Position numbers and translations under genes: made by a program
Shown: positions 36,348-45,821 of the stretch, one piece after another
Numbering within the stretch: position 1 is the stretch's first letter
Layout of the letters: the number at the start of each line of letters is the position of its first letter
Source of the DNA: an uncultured Lachnospiraceae bacterium
GTDB taxonomy: Bacteria; Bacillota; Clostridia; Lachnospirales; Lachnospiraceae
Reading direction: 5' to 3'
Length of the DNA: 64,000 nt
Assembly: GCA_902783375.1 (NCBI GenBank)
Contig: CACZQN010000055.1
Location: forward strand, 12,100 to 76,099
Notes under the pieces: model-generated
The model's database searches: none
Told to the model about the DNA's origin: nothing
What the model saw: the letters and a program-made list of their open reading frames with translations, nothing else

Positions 36348-37193
36348 ATGCAGACGATCTACGGGATTCTCGAAACCCTGCTGCCTTTCTCCTGGGTTTC
36401 GTATGACTTTATGAAGAATGCCTTACTGGCGGTGTTGATTATTGCACCGCTTTTTGGCATGCTCGGGACGATGGTGGTGAACAACCATATGTCCTTTTTC
36501 TCCGATGCCCTGGGGCACTCGGCGCTGACCGGTATCGGACTGGGGATGGTTTTCGGGATTGCAGACAGCTCTCTGGCGCTGGCCCTGTTTGGCATTGTCT
36601 TTGCACTGCTGCTTGGCTGGCTGGTGCGCAAGAGTGCAGGTGCGGGGAATGACACGATGATCAGTGTCTTTTCGTCGCTCTCGACGGCGATCGGCCTTGC
36701 CATTCTCTCAAGAGGCGGACAGTTCTCGGAGTACTCGGCACTGCTGGTCGGCGATATCCTGGCGGTATCGCCGGTGGAGATTCTGCGTCTGCTTCTGCTG
36801 CTTGTTGCTGCATTTGTTTTCTGGTGCATCTGTTTCAATGCCCTGCAGACCATCAGCATCAACCGAAGCCTTGCCGGAAGCCGCGGCGTACCGACCGGTT
36901 TCTATGAGAATCTGTTCGCGGCGCTTCTCGCCGTGATCGTCATGCTCTCGATCCGCTACGTCGGGATTCTGATCATCAATGCACTCCTGACATTGCCGGC
37001 AGCTGCATCGAGAAATCTGGCGTCGAACGAGCGGGAGTATCACCTCTTTTCCGTGATGATCTCTTTGTTTTCCGGCGTTCTCGGCCTGATCCTGTCGTTT
37101 TACCTGGATATGGCAGCGGGACCGGTGATGATTGTGATTGCAGCGATTCTGTTCTTTCTGACCCTTGCGGTCCGGAAATCAGTCAAGGGTTGA
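36348..37193 (+). CDS. znuB: Metal ABC transporter permease (ABC-3 family)
   Basis: 8-TM ABC-3 permease profile. Confidence 0.8.
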   Translation: MQTIYGILETLLPFSWVSYDFMKNALLAVLIIAPLFGMLGTMVVNNHMSFFSDALGHSALTGIGLGMVFGIADSSLALALFGIVFALLLGWLVRKSAGAGNDTMISVFSSLSTAIGLAILSRGGQFSEYSALLVGDILAVSPVEILRLLLLLVAAFVFWCICFNALQTISINRSLAGSRGVPTGFYENLFAALLAVIVMLSIRYVGILIINALLTLPAAASRNLASNEREYHLFSVMISLFSGVLGLILSFYLDMAAGPVMIVIAAILFFLTLAVRKSVKG

Positions 37194-37208
37194 GGAGGAA
37201 CAAGGCGT

Positions 37209-38198
37209 ATGAAAACAGGAAAGAAACTGTGCATTCTGCTGGCTATGATGCTGGTGATTTCTCTTCTCGGGGCAGGGACCGTCTGGATCACCGGAAGAAC
37301 AACAGAAAATCACGAGCAGGATCAGGAACTTCATGTGGTCTGTTCCTTTTATCCGATCTATATCATCGGGATGAATCTGCTAAAGGATGTCCCGGATGTT
37401 CATCTGATCAACCTGACACCGAACACGACCGGGTGTCTCCATGACTATCAGATCACAACCGGCGATATGAAGCGCCTGTCCGGCGCAGACGTCCTGCTGC
37501 TAAATGGCGGCGGGATGGAGACCTTCGTCGAGCAGATCGCGGAGCAGATGCCGGAACTGGTCATGCTGTATTCGAATGTGGGTATCGAGCCGCTCGAAGA
37601 GGAAGAACATGATCACGAAGAAGACGAACACGAAGGGCGTGACCACGAAGAACACAGTCATGAAGGTCATGACCATGGTTCGAATGCGCATTACTGGCTG
37701 GATCCTGCCCGGTATGAACAGCAGGTGCAAAATCTTGCAGACGGACTGGCGGAGATCCTGCCGGAGTCTGCAGACAGAATCCGTGAAAATGCAGCAGCCT
37801 ACACCGAGAGAATTCTGGAGGTCGGAACGCTCTACCGGGAGAACCTGACGGACCTGGCAAATGGGGAGACGATCCGTGCGATCATCTTCCATGATGCATT
37901 CGAATATCTGTCTGAGATGGTCCCGCTTGAGGTTGTCGGCGAGATTGAGATTGAGGGCGAGGAGAGTGCCCTTTCTGCCGGGGAACTGGCAGAAGTGATT
38001 GATACGATCCAGGAAGACCAGGTACGCTGGCTCCTGATCGAGAAGCAGTTTGCATCGCAGATCGCAGAGCGTGTCGCGGCGGAAACGGATGCTGAGGTTG
38101 TGGTTCTGGATTCGATCGTGACAGGTGAAGACGATCCGGATGCGTGGATTCACGGTATGGAAGACAACTTGTTAGTCTTAACGAACTTGACAGAGTGA
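37209..38198 (+). CDS. znuA: Metal ABC transporter substrate-binding lipoprotein with a His/Glu-rich loop (ZnuA-like)
   Basis: Lipoprotein signal; His-rich insert 'EEEHDHEEDEHEGRDHEEHSHEGHDHG' is typical of zinc-specific ZnuA/AdcA. Confidence 0.8.
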   Translation: MKTGKKLCILLAMMLVISLLGAGTVWITGRTTENHEQDQELHVVCSFYPIYIIGMNLLKDVPDVHLINLTPNTTGCLHDYQITTGDMKRLSGADVLLLNGGGMETFVEQIAEQMPELVMLYSNVGIEPLEEEEHDHEEDEHEGRDHEEHSHEGHDHGSNAHYWLDPARYEQQVQNLADGLAEILPESADRIRENAAAYTERILEVGTLYRENLTDLANGETIRAIIFHDAFEYLSEMVPLEVVGEIEIEGEESALSAGELAEVIDTIQEDQVRWLLIEKQFASQIAERVAAETDAEVVVLDSIVTGEDDPDAWIHGMEDNLLVLTNLTE

Positions 38199-38300
38199 TG
38201 CACTTCGACTATGATGAGAGACGTGCATGAAAGTACCCTGAACCTGTACCGGATGCGGCTTCAGATGATGGGATTGTGAAAGAGTAAATTGAGGTAATTT

Positions 38301-39179
38301 ATGTTATTAAAGAAGATTGGTAGAAATGATCCGTGCTGGTGCGGCAGCGGAAAGAAGTACAAATTCTGTCATGAGGCATTTGACGAGAAGCTGGCATCCT
38401 ACAACCTGCCGAGAAGGCAGAGACCGACACACAAGATGATCAAGACCCCGGAGCAGATCGCGGGGATCAGAGAGTCCGCGAAGATCAATATCGCTGTCCT
38501 TGATGAGGTTGCATCGAAGATCCATGTCGGGATGAATACCGAGGAGATCGACCGGATTGTCTATGAGACAACCACGAAGATGGGCGGAATCCCTGCACCG
38601 CTGAACTATGAAGGGTTCCCGAAGAGCGTCTGCACCTCGATCAATGAACAGGTCTGCCACGGAATTCCGGCGGAGTGGGAAGTGCTTGAAGACGGGGATA
38701 TCATCAATGTTGACTGCTCCACGATCTACAATGGCTACTATTCCGACTCCTCGAGAATGTTCCTGATCGGGAATGTCTCGGAAGAGGACCAGCGCCTTGT
38801 CCGCGTGGTAAAAGAGTGTGTGGAACTGGGACTGGAACAGGTGAAGCCATGGCATTTCCTCGGAGATATGGGTCAGGCGGTCAATGACCACGCGAAGGCG
38901 AACGGCTACTCCGTCGTCCGGGAGATCGGCGGTCATGGCTGTGGTGTCGAGTTCCACGAGGACCCGTGGGTCAGCTATGTGACCGAGAAGGGCACGGATT
39001 ACATGATGGTGCCGGGCATGATCTTCACGATTGAGCCGATGGTCAATGCAGGCGGTCCGGAAGTCTTTGTGGATGAGGAGAACGACTGGACAGTCTATAC
39101 CGAGGACGGCAAGAAGAGTGCACAGTGGGAGATCCAGGTGCTGGTCACCGAGGACGGACATGAGGTGATCTCGTACTGA
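38301..39179 (+). CDS. map: Methionine aminopeptidase type I with an N-terminal SEC-C zinc-finger motif
   Basis: 'DPCWCGSGKKYKFCH' SEC-C, then a MetAP pita-bread fold with metal ligands. Confidence 0.9.
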   Translation: MLLKKIGRNDPCWCGSGKKYKFCHEAFDEKLASYNLPRRQRPTHKMIKTPEQIAGIRESAKINIAVLDEVASKIHVGMNTEEIDRIVYETTTKMGGIPAPLNYEGFPKSVCTSINEQVCHGIPAEWEVLEDGDIINVDCSTIYNGYYSDSSRMFLIGNVSEEDQRLVRVVKECVELGLEQVKPWHFLGDMGQAVNDHAKANGYSVVREIGGHGCGVEFHEDPWVSYVTEKGTDYMMVPGMIFTIEPMVNAGGPEVFVDEENDWTVYTEDGKKSAQWEIQVLVTEDGHEVISY

Positions 39180-39355
39180 GTTTGGAATTATTGAAAAACG
39201 ATGATGATTTATTGAAAAACGATAAATAATTCTTGACAAACAGAATATCTGGCTGTATGATGAGTGTGGTTGCAGAACCTGGCGGCTCCGTGCGTACTTT
39301 TGCGGAGCATGGAACAGGGTGCAGCCACACTTTCGTATACGGAATGGAGAACTTG

Positions 39356-39850
39356 ATGATGAATACTTTCTGGAATCCTCAGAAGAGTGTGGTCCTCACA
39401 AAACTCTGCGTGATGGTATTTCTTGCCGTCAGCGTTGTGATGGTGGTGGCAGGACCATGGGAGACAAGCTGGTTTATCAGAAGATATGGTCATAGCACGC
39501 TTTTCCTGACCTTTGGCAACGGGGCCGGAACAGCGGCATTCGCAGTACTGCTGACGCTTGGCTATCTTTCCGGCGCTGCGCTGATCACGATGTTCATCCT
39601 GATGCTGATGTTCCTGCGGAACGTGGGCAGGGAAGAGATCTTCACCAGGCGGAATGTGTGGCTCCTCCGGAGGATCAGCTGGTGCTGCGGCGGCGGTGCC
39701 CTGACAACCATGCTCGTCGGTGTCCTCTACGCCAGACATTTCCTGGCGATCACCTGTGCGGCGGCATTTATGATGCTGGTTGTGCGTGTGATCAAGAACG
39801 CATTTGAACAGGCGATCCTGATGAAGGATGAGCTGGATCTCACGGTATAA
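39356..39850 (+). CDS. DUF2975-like small membrane protein
   Basis: Four-TM ~164-aa protein; its stop lies 10 nt before the XRE gene start, as in the usual DUF2975-HTH pairing. Start chosen after the GGAATGGAGAA RBS; the longer ORF start lacks an RBS. Confidence 0.55.
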   Translation: MMNTFWNPQKSVVLTKLCVMVFLAVSVVMVVAGPWETSWFIRRYGHSTLFLTFGNGAGTAAFAVLLTLGYLSGAALITMFILMLMFLRNVGREEIFTRRNVWLLRRISWCCGGGALTTMLVGVLYARHFLAITCAAAFMMLVVRVIKNAFEQAILMKDELDLTV

Positions 39851-39860
39851 GGAGGCACAT

Positions 39861-40094
39861 ATGGAAGAAAATATGAACCTTGACGGCGAGATCTTCGTGA
39901 ATCTGAACGTCATGATGGCCATCCGGAATATCTCTGCGGGGGAACTGGCGGAGCGGATCGGGATCACACCGGCGAATCTGTCCATCCTGAAGAACCAGAA
40001 AGCAAAAGCGATCAGATTTTCCACGCTGGCTGCACTCTGTGACGTCTTAGACTGTCAGCCGGGGGATCTGCTGGAATATCGGAAAGGAACATAA
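39861..40094 (+). CDS. XRE-family helix-turn-helix transcriptional regulator (77 aa)
   Basis: 'ISAGELAERIGITPANLSILKNQKAKAIRFSTLAALCDVLDCQPGDLL' HTH_XRE; RBS AAGGAGG + 7 nt. Confidence 0.8.
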   Translation: MEENMNLDGEIFVNLNVMMAIRNISAGELAERIGITPANLSILKNQKAKAIRFSTLAALCDVLDCQPGDLLEYRKGT

Positions 40095-40098
40095 CGAT

Positions 40099-41568
40099 AT
40101 GGATGAGAAGAAAGATCTGCAGGAAGTGGAACTGAAGCAGACAAGAGAACTGCAGGAGACAGAACTTGAAAAGAGAAGAGATCTGCAGGCGCAGGAACTG
40201 GCCAAGATCACAGAACAGGAGAACACTTATAAGAAGCGGATCAGAGAGCATCTGCCACTGCTGCTGGTGAGCGTGATCCTCAGTTTCTTCTTTGCATACT
40301 ATTATATCGACAAAGTGATTTTTGGCGATACCTTTATCATGGGGAATTCGATCCTCGAGAGATTGCACCCGGCGATCTTTACGGTCCTGTTTGTGGGAGT
40401 GGTTGAGGGATTTGCAACTGCTTTTGAAAAGGAGCGAAAGAGGGAAGCGCTGTACTTCATGATCTTACTTCTGCTGATGAGCATCAGCATTCTGCTCTAT
40501 GGGGACCGCTACATGCCGCTGTCCCCGCTGGCACTGCTGATGTGGCACGGGCTTGCCATCTATTATGTCGTCGTGCGGATGGATCTGCTGGCAGCAGGAA
40601 AGAGCAGTGGGCTGGCCTTCTTTGATGTCCTGACCGGCACCATCATTCTTCCCTTTGGGAATTACATCCTGCGTGTGCGGACGATCTTTGAAGCATTTAA
40701 GGCCTATACGGAGAAGCGCCGCGAGCGGCTTTCGGTGGAAGGAGGAGAAGAGCAGTATCAGGTATCGAGGAAGCGGGTTGGCGTGATCCTTGCGAGTGCT
40801 TTTGCTGCGGTCCTGATCGGGGCATTTGCCTGGTCACAGCTCGCCGGTGCAGACAGTGACTTTGCAAATATCGGGAACACCATCCGCTCCTGGTTCTCAG
40901 GATGGAAGCTTGAACTCGAGGAAGAAACCTGGCTGGAACTGCTGATGTCCCTGCCGGTCGGCGCGTATCTGACAGGACTGGTGGCCGGAGGAGCCATCAC
41001 GGTGAAACCAGCGCTGACTGCAGCATATTTTGATGATCTGATGAGGCCATACAGAAGGCTTCCGAAGATCTCCATCTCCATCGTGACAGGCGTTCTGCTC
41101 GTGATCTACCTCCTGTTCTTTTATCTGCAGGCAAGAGGCTTCCTGCCGATTCTGCTGTCCGGCGAGATCCTGACAGCACCGGAAGCTGCGACTTTTGCCA
41201 TCACCGGGTTCTGGGAACTGATGCGGATCCTGGTCCTGAATTTTCTTCTGACCTTTTTCATCCTGTACTTTGCACCGAAAGAAGTAAGTGCACACCAGGC
41301 CGTGAAACTGCTGCTGATGTTTCTTGGGATTGCCAGCCTTTTCTTTGTCTTCCTGGATGCATCGAAACTCTACCTCTATATTCATCTTTATGGATTCACA
41401 GGAAGAAGACTTGTGGCAGCGTGGGTTCTCGTGACAGCGGGACTGTCTGCGGTTCTGGTGCTCGCACGCACACAGAAGGAATTTCCATGCATCAGATACC
41501 TGATCTGGCTTTTTGCCGGGAGCTTTGTACTCTATGCGATGCTGCCGACGGAAATGCTGCTTGTATGA
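40099..41568 (+). CDS. DUF4173-like polytopic membrane protein with an N-terminal coiled-coil repeat
   Basis: N-terminal 'LQEVELKQTRELQETELEKRRDLQAQEL' repeat, then ≥10 TM helices. Confidence 0.6.
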   Translation: MDEKKDLQEVELKQTRELQETELEKRRDLQAQELAKITEQENTYKKRIREHLPLLLVSVILSFFFAYYYIDKVIFGDTFIMGNSILERLHPAIFTVLFVGVVEGFATAFEKERKREALYFMILLLLMSISILLYGDRYMPLSPLALLMWHGLAIYYVVVRMDLLAAGKSSGLAFFDVLTGTIILPFGNYILRVRTIFEAFKAYTEKRRERLSVEGGEEQYQVSRKRVGVILASAFAAVLIGAFAWSQLAGADSDFANIGNTIRSWFSGWKLELEEETWLELLMSLPVGAYLTGLVAGGAITVKPALTAAYFDDLMRPYRRLPKISISIVTGVLLVIYLLFFYLQARGFLPILLSGEILTAPEAATFAITGFWELMRILVLNFLLTFFILYFAPKEVSAHQAVKLLLMFLGIASLFFVFLDASKLYLYIHLYGFTGRRLVAAWVLVTAGLSAVLVLARTQKEFPCIRYLIWLFAGSFVLYAMLPTEMLLV

Positions 41569-41605
41569 CTCGTCACAGTCACTTATGCTCTTCATCATAA
41601 AGAAA

Positions 41606-41644
41606 TCAGAGGCGCTGGATTACGCCAGCGCCTCTATTTCTTTG
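41606..41644. terminator. Bidirectional terminator overlapping the DUF3842 stop
   Basis: AGAGGCGCTGG-attac-GCCAGCGCCTCT followed by ATTTCTTT. Confidence 0.75.
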
Positions 41645-42024
41645 ACAGCTGCAGCAACCAGATGTCCCAGATTCAGATCCGGTACACCTGCAATGATGTT
41701 GTCGCAGTGGTTGATCGGGATCAGGACGCGTTTTCCGCTGCAGGAACCGATGGCGGCTGCCATGGCAGGGGTGATCTCACCATAGAGAGAATCAGCAACG
41801 ACGATCCCGATCGGACCGACGATGACATCCGCACTTCTGGCACCGACAATCACTGCATTCTCACCAGTGGCGGCTATGTCCGCGCCGGCCTTTAACATTG
41901 CCGCAGTTGCAGCGGAGTTCGTTCCAACAGCACGGATCTCTGCATCCGGAAGTGTCTTCTTTAATTCTGTCACCAGCTGGCGGCCTACACCGCCGCCCTG
42001 TGCATCAACAACCATAATTTTCAT
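41620..42024 (-). CDS. DUF3842 family protein
   Basis: 'MKIMVVDAQGGGVGRQLV' Rossmann-like small protein; RBS GGAGGA + 8 nt. Confidence 0.6.
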   Translation of the reverse strand: MKIMVVDAQGGGVGRQLVTELKKTLPDAEIRAVGTNSAATAAMLKAGADIAATGENAVIVGARSADVIVGPIGIVVADSLYGEITPAMAAAIGSCSGKRVLIPINHCDNIIAGVPDLNLGHLVAAAVKEIEALA

Positions 42025-42041
42025 CGGTCATATCCTCCATC

Positions 42042-42926
42042 TTATATATGCTTGCTGCTTGTTATTTCATCGGTCTGCCGCCAGACCGCTGCAAGATAAT
42101 CTCGTGCAGCGATGATCGCATCCAGTTCTTCCGGGTTTCCGATCTCCCGTTCAATTGTGATCGCACCGTCATAGTCAAACTCTTTTAGCCGGCGGAAGAA
42201 GGCAGGAAAGTCCACCTTGCCTTTTCCGATGGGAACTTCTCTCCCGAGTTCATGTCCGTTCACAGGGTACAGTCCATCTTTGGCATGAACACCGCGGATG
42301 TGTGGCCCCAGGATGTCGAGGGCATCCACCGGGTTTGCCTTTCCATAAAGGATCAGATTCGCTGTGTCGATGTTGACTCCGAGGTTCGGCCTGCCCACTG
42401 TCTCAAAACAGCGGAGCAGGGTGACCGGCGTCTCCTGGCCGGTTTCAAACAAAAGCACCTGCCCGGAAGCTGCAAGATGATCCGCAACCGTTCTGATCGC
42501 TTCGCAGAGAGGCATAAAAGCAAGGTCATAAGGATTTTCCGGGATAAAGCCAATGTGCGTCACGATATCGGTGATCGGCGGAAAAGGATAGGACGGAGAC
42601 TCGCTGATCTGTCTGGCAAAGTCTGCTCCGTCACAGAGATTTCTGATCCGGGTCTGACGCCATTCTTCCGGAACCAGTCCCAGTGTTCTCTGCCCTTCAT
42701 AAAAGTTCCACACCCGCGGTCCCTCGTAGCCGCACCAGAAAGCGGAGATCCGGATTCCGTAAGCCGCGGCAGCCCTCGCGATCCGCTCCGCATGTTCCGG
42801 TGTAAAGACCTTCGGCGTCCAGGAGCAGAGCTGGCAGGTGGGGATGCCATATTCCCGGAGACGGCTGAACCTCTCTTCGATGTTCAGATTTCCGGTTTCA
42901 AAGTGGACCATGGTTCCGAACTGCAT
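42042..42926 (-). CDS. Sugar phosphate isomerase/epimerase (xylose-isomerase-like TIM barrel), second paralogue
   Basis: TIM-barrel AP-endo-2-like profile; RBS GGAGG + 9 nt. Confidence 0.75.
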   Translation of the reverse strand: MQFGTMVHFETGNLNIEERFSRLREYGIPTCQLCSWTPKVFTPEHAERIARAAAAYGIRISAFWCGYEGPRVWNFYEGQRTLGLVPEEWRQTRIRNLCDGADFARQISESPSYPFPPITDIVTHIGFIPENPYDLAFMPLCEAIRTVADHLAASGQVLLFETGQETPVTLLRCFETVGRPNLGVNIDTANLILYGKANPVDALDILGPHIRGVHAKDGLYPVNGHELGREVPIGKGKVDFPAFFRRLKEFDYDGAITIEREIGNPEELDAIIAARDYLAAVWRQTDEITSSKHI

Positions 42927-43099
42927 CTGTGCATGCCTCCTCCCGCAGAATTGTCATACTACTCATATTATATAGCAGCGGACCGAAGGGTTCAAGTTTT
43001 GTATCTGAATAGCGGAAAAGTGGTTTTCAGAAAGACGTCTTTGTGATAAGATACCCCATGTAGATATGGTCTGTGCTGAAGAAACAGGAGGCATGAGAT

Positions 43100-43963
43100 A
43101 TGAGAAAGAACAGAATGAATCAGGTGGCTGCATGGATGGCGGTGATTCTGCTCGCCGGTCTGCTGTATGGCGCCGTTCCGGCAAAGGCTGCGGAAACATC
43201 CGATCCGGCTGTACAGCGAATCTTCACGGAAGTCCTGAAAAACGGCAGTTCCTATTATCTGCGGGGAAATGGGAGTCAGGATGATCTTTACCGGGAGACA
43301 GCCGATGGGAAAGAGATGCTGATTGCAAGGGATGTGATCGATTTCCGTGTCGGACAGAAATATATCTATTACCTGACCCTGCGGGATGACAGACCGTCGC
43401 TCTGCCGTGTACGGGTTGACGGAAAGGGAGACCGGCTTCTGAAGAAAGATATGATCCGGATCTATGCGATCAGCGGCGGCTTCGTGTACGGGAAGGCATT
43501 TTCCGATGAAGGCGGCGGTGGCGCGCTCGTCCGGGTGAACAGCAGGAGTGGTGAGACGGAGATCCTTGTGGAAGAGGAACGGTTCGCCTATACCTGGAGT
43601 CCGGAGCACCGGAACGGGAGATTCTATTTTGAAGCAGAAAATGACTACTGGTCTGTCTGCTATGACGGAACGGGTCTGCGGGAAGAGGAAGCCTTTCAGA
43701 GCAAAGCGCAAAAGCTGCGGAAGAGCATCGAAGAGGTCATTCCGGAATCAGTTCCTGCTGCGGAAGATGACCGGCTGATCGATGCAGGGGATGGCTGGTA
43801 TGCCGTCCTGAAAGAACCGGCATTTTATCTGTTCCGTGCGGACGGGTCAGAGCCGGAGAAGTTTGAAATCAGTGCAGATGATGTTCTTGTCCGGGATGAA
43901 CACATCTATATCATGCAGGATGACTACCAGGCGGAACGCCGGGTTTACAGGATGGTGAGATAA
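43100..43963 (+). CDS. Secreted hypothetical protein (signal peptide; beta-rich)
   Basis: Signal peptide 'AAWMAVILLAGLLYGAVPAKAAE'; no confident family. Confidence 0.55.
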   Translation: MRKNRMNQVAAWMAVILLAGLLYGAVPAKAAETSDPAVQRIFTEVLKNGSSYYLRGNGSQDDLYRETADGKEMLIARDVIDFRVGQKYIYYLTLRDDRPSLCRVRVDGKGDRLLKKDMIRIYAISGGFVYGKAFSDEGGGGALVRVNSRSGETEILVEEERFAYTWSPEHRNGRFYFEAENDYWSVCYDGTGLREEEAFQSKAQKLRKSIEEVIPESVPAAEDDRLIDAGDGWYAVLKEPAFYLFRADGSEPEKFEISADDVLVRDEHIYIMQDDYQAERRVYRMVR

Positions 43964-43967
43964 GTCG

Positions 43968-45179
43968 ATGATACTGGAACATGTACAGATTTACTGCCCG
44001 GACCATCACTTCCGGTCCGGCAGGATCCGCATCCGCAACGATCGGATTGAGGAACTTTCTCTGACAGAGGACATGGCAGGAACTGCCGTGGAGGACGAAG
44101 AGATCCTCGACGGCGGCGGTGCACTTGCAATTCCAGGCATGATTGATCTGCATTTTCATGGGTGCCTTGGAAAAGACATCTGCGATGGTTCGGCGGATGC
44201 GCTGGATGTGCTGTCCGCCTTTGAGGCGTCGATCGGGGTGACGGCCATCGCCCCGGCCATGATGACGCTCGGGAAGGAAGATCTGCTGCGGACCCTGAAG
44301 AGGGCAGCGGCGTTTGCCGGTGCACAGAAGAGGGCGGCAGCGGAGAATCAGATGGAAACGGCCTACAGCCGGCAGGCGGCGCTCATCGGCATCAACATGG
44401 AAGGACCATTCATCAGCCCGGTGAAGAAGGGGGCACAGGATGAGCGGTTTATCCTTCCCTGTGACGCCGGTCTGGCAGCGGAATTCCTGAGGATTTCGAA
44501 AGGACTGGTGAAGATCATCGGTCTGGCCCCGGAGGAAGATGGCGGGAAAGGACGGGACACCGTCCTGCAGTACATCCGGGAAATGAAGGAAAAAGTGCAC
44601 ATCTCCCTTGCACATACCAATGCAGACTACGATACAGCGAAGGCGGCGATCGATGCCGGTGCGGATCATGCGGTGCATCTCTTCAATGCCATGCCTGCCT
44701 TCCATCACCGGGATCCGGGGGTCGTCGGTGCGGTGGCAGACAGCCCGCAGGTGATGGCAGAACTGATCACGGATGGCATCCATGTGCATCCGGCGATGGT
44801 CCGGTCGGCATTCCGGCTGCTCGGCGCAGAGCGGATTGTCCTGATCTCCGACAGCGTCTGCGGGACGGGGATGCCGGACGGGGAATACAACCTCGGCGGC
44901 AATTCGTTCCGGAAAGCAGGCAGGCGCTGCACGATGGTCCGGGACGGTGCGATCGCAGGTTCCGTGACACCGCTTCCGGACGGGCTCCGGACAGCGGTGC
45001 TGGAGATGGGAATCCCACTCGAAGACGCCATCCTTTGTGCGACCGAGAATCCGGCAAAGGTGCTGGGCGTCTTTGGGGAGCGTGGTTCTCTGGAGGCGGG
45101 AAAGATCGCCGATCTCGTGCTGCTTGACCCGGAAGATCTGGCGCTGAGGCAGGTGATTCTGCGCGGACAGCCGATCTGA
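43968..45179 (+). CDS. nagA: N-acetylglucosamine-6-phosphate deacetylase
   Basis: Amidohydrolase metal-binding 'DLHFHG', NagA-family length and motifs. Confidence 0.85.
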   Translation: MILEHVQIYCPDHHFRSGRIRIRNDRIEELSLTEDMAGTAVEDEEILDGGGALAIPGMIDLHFHGCLGKDICDGSADALDVLSAFEASIGVTAIAPAMMTLGKEDLLRTLKRAAAFAGAQKRAAAENQMETAYSRQAALIGINMEGPFISPVKKGAQDERFILPCDAGLAAEFLRISKGLVKIIGLAPEEDGGKGRDTVLQYIREMKEKVHISLAHTNADYDTAKAAIDAGADHAVHLFNAMPAFHHRDPGVVGAVADSPQVMAELITDGIHVHPAMVRSAFRLLGAERIVLISDSVCGTGMPDGEYNLGGNSFRKAGRRCTMVRDGAIAGSVTPLPDGLRTAVLEMGIPLEDAILCATENPAKVLGVFGERGSLEAGKIADLVLLDPEDLALRQVILRGQPI

Positions 45180-45220
45180 AAGGACGATCACAAAAAGGAA
45201 CGGAACAGGAGAATAGACCG

Positions 45221-45673
45221 ATGGTTGACACGACACTTTGTTATCTCCGCCATGCGGGGAAGGTGCTTCTGCTGCACCGGATCAAGAAGAAGCAGGACAT
45301 CAACGCCGGGAAATGGATCGGTGTCGGAGGGCATCTGGAGGCCGGGGAGTCGCCCCTTGCCTGCGTCCTCCGGGAAGTCCGGGAAGAGACCGGCATCATC
45401 CTCACGGATATCCACCAGGTTGGAATCATTGATTTCCTGAATACGGAGTGTGAGGATGAGCGGATGTGGCTCTATGTGGCGGAAGTGGAAGAAGAGATCA
45501 CACCGGAGTGCGATGAGGGCGTCCTCGCCTGGTTCCCGGAGAACGAGCTCTTCGACCTCCCGATGTGGGAGGGAGACCGCACATTCCTCGGAAGAATGCT
45601 GGCAGGAGAAAGAGGATTCCACGTGGAAGTCAGCTACGAAGGGGACCTGCTGGTCGGAACGCGAGAACTCTGA
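45221..45673 (+). CDS. NUDIX hydrolase (MutT/8-oxo-dGTP diphosphatase-like)
   Basis: Nudix box 'GGHLEAGESPLACVLREVREETG'. Confidence 0.85.
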   Translation: MVDTTLCYLRHAGKVLLLHRIKKKQDINAGKWIGVGGHLEAGESPLACVLREVREETGIILTDIHQVGIIDFLNTECEDERMWLYVAEVEEEITPECDEGVLAWFPENELFDLPMWEGDRTFLGRMLAGERGFHVEVSYEGDLLVGTREL

Positions 45674-45821
45674 ATATGATTTTCAGTTTGTGAAAAGAGA
45701 CAGAAAAAGAATCCTGTAATCGATTGTTTGCTTGCATTTCGCACAAAGAAGGTATATTATCCTTCTATATCTCAGATGGCAGAAGCATCTCTGAAATGAT
45801 TGTAGAAAGCAGGTATCCTAT

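Noticed and set aside
37600-37690. GAA/CAC-rich repeat inside the substrate-binding protein gene
   Set aside because: Encodes the His/Glu-rich metal-binding loop characteristic of ZnuA-type proteins; the coding frame is intact.
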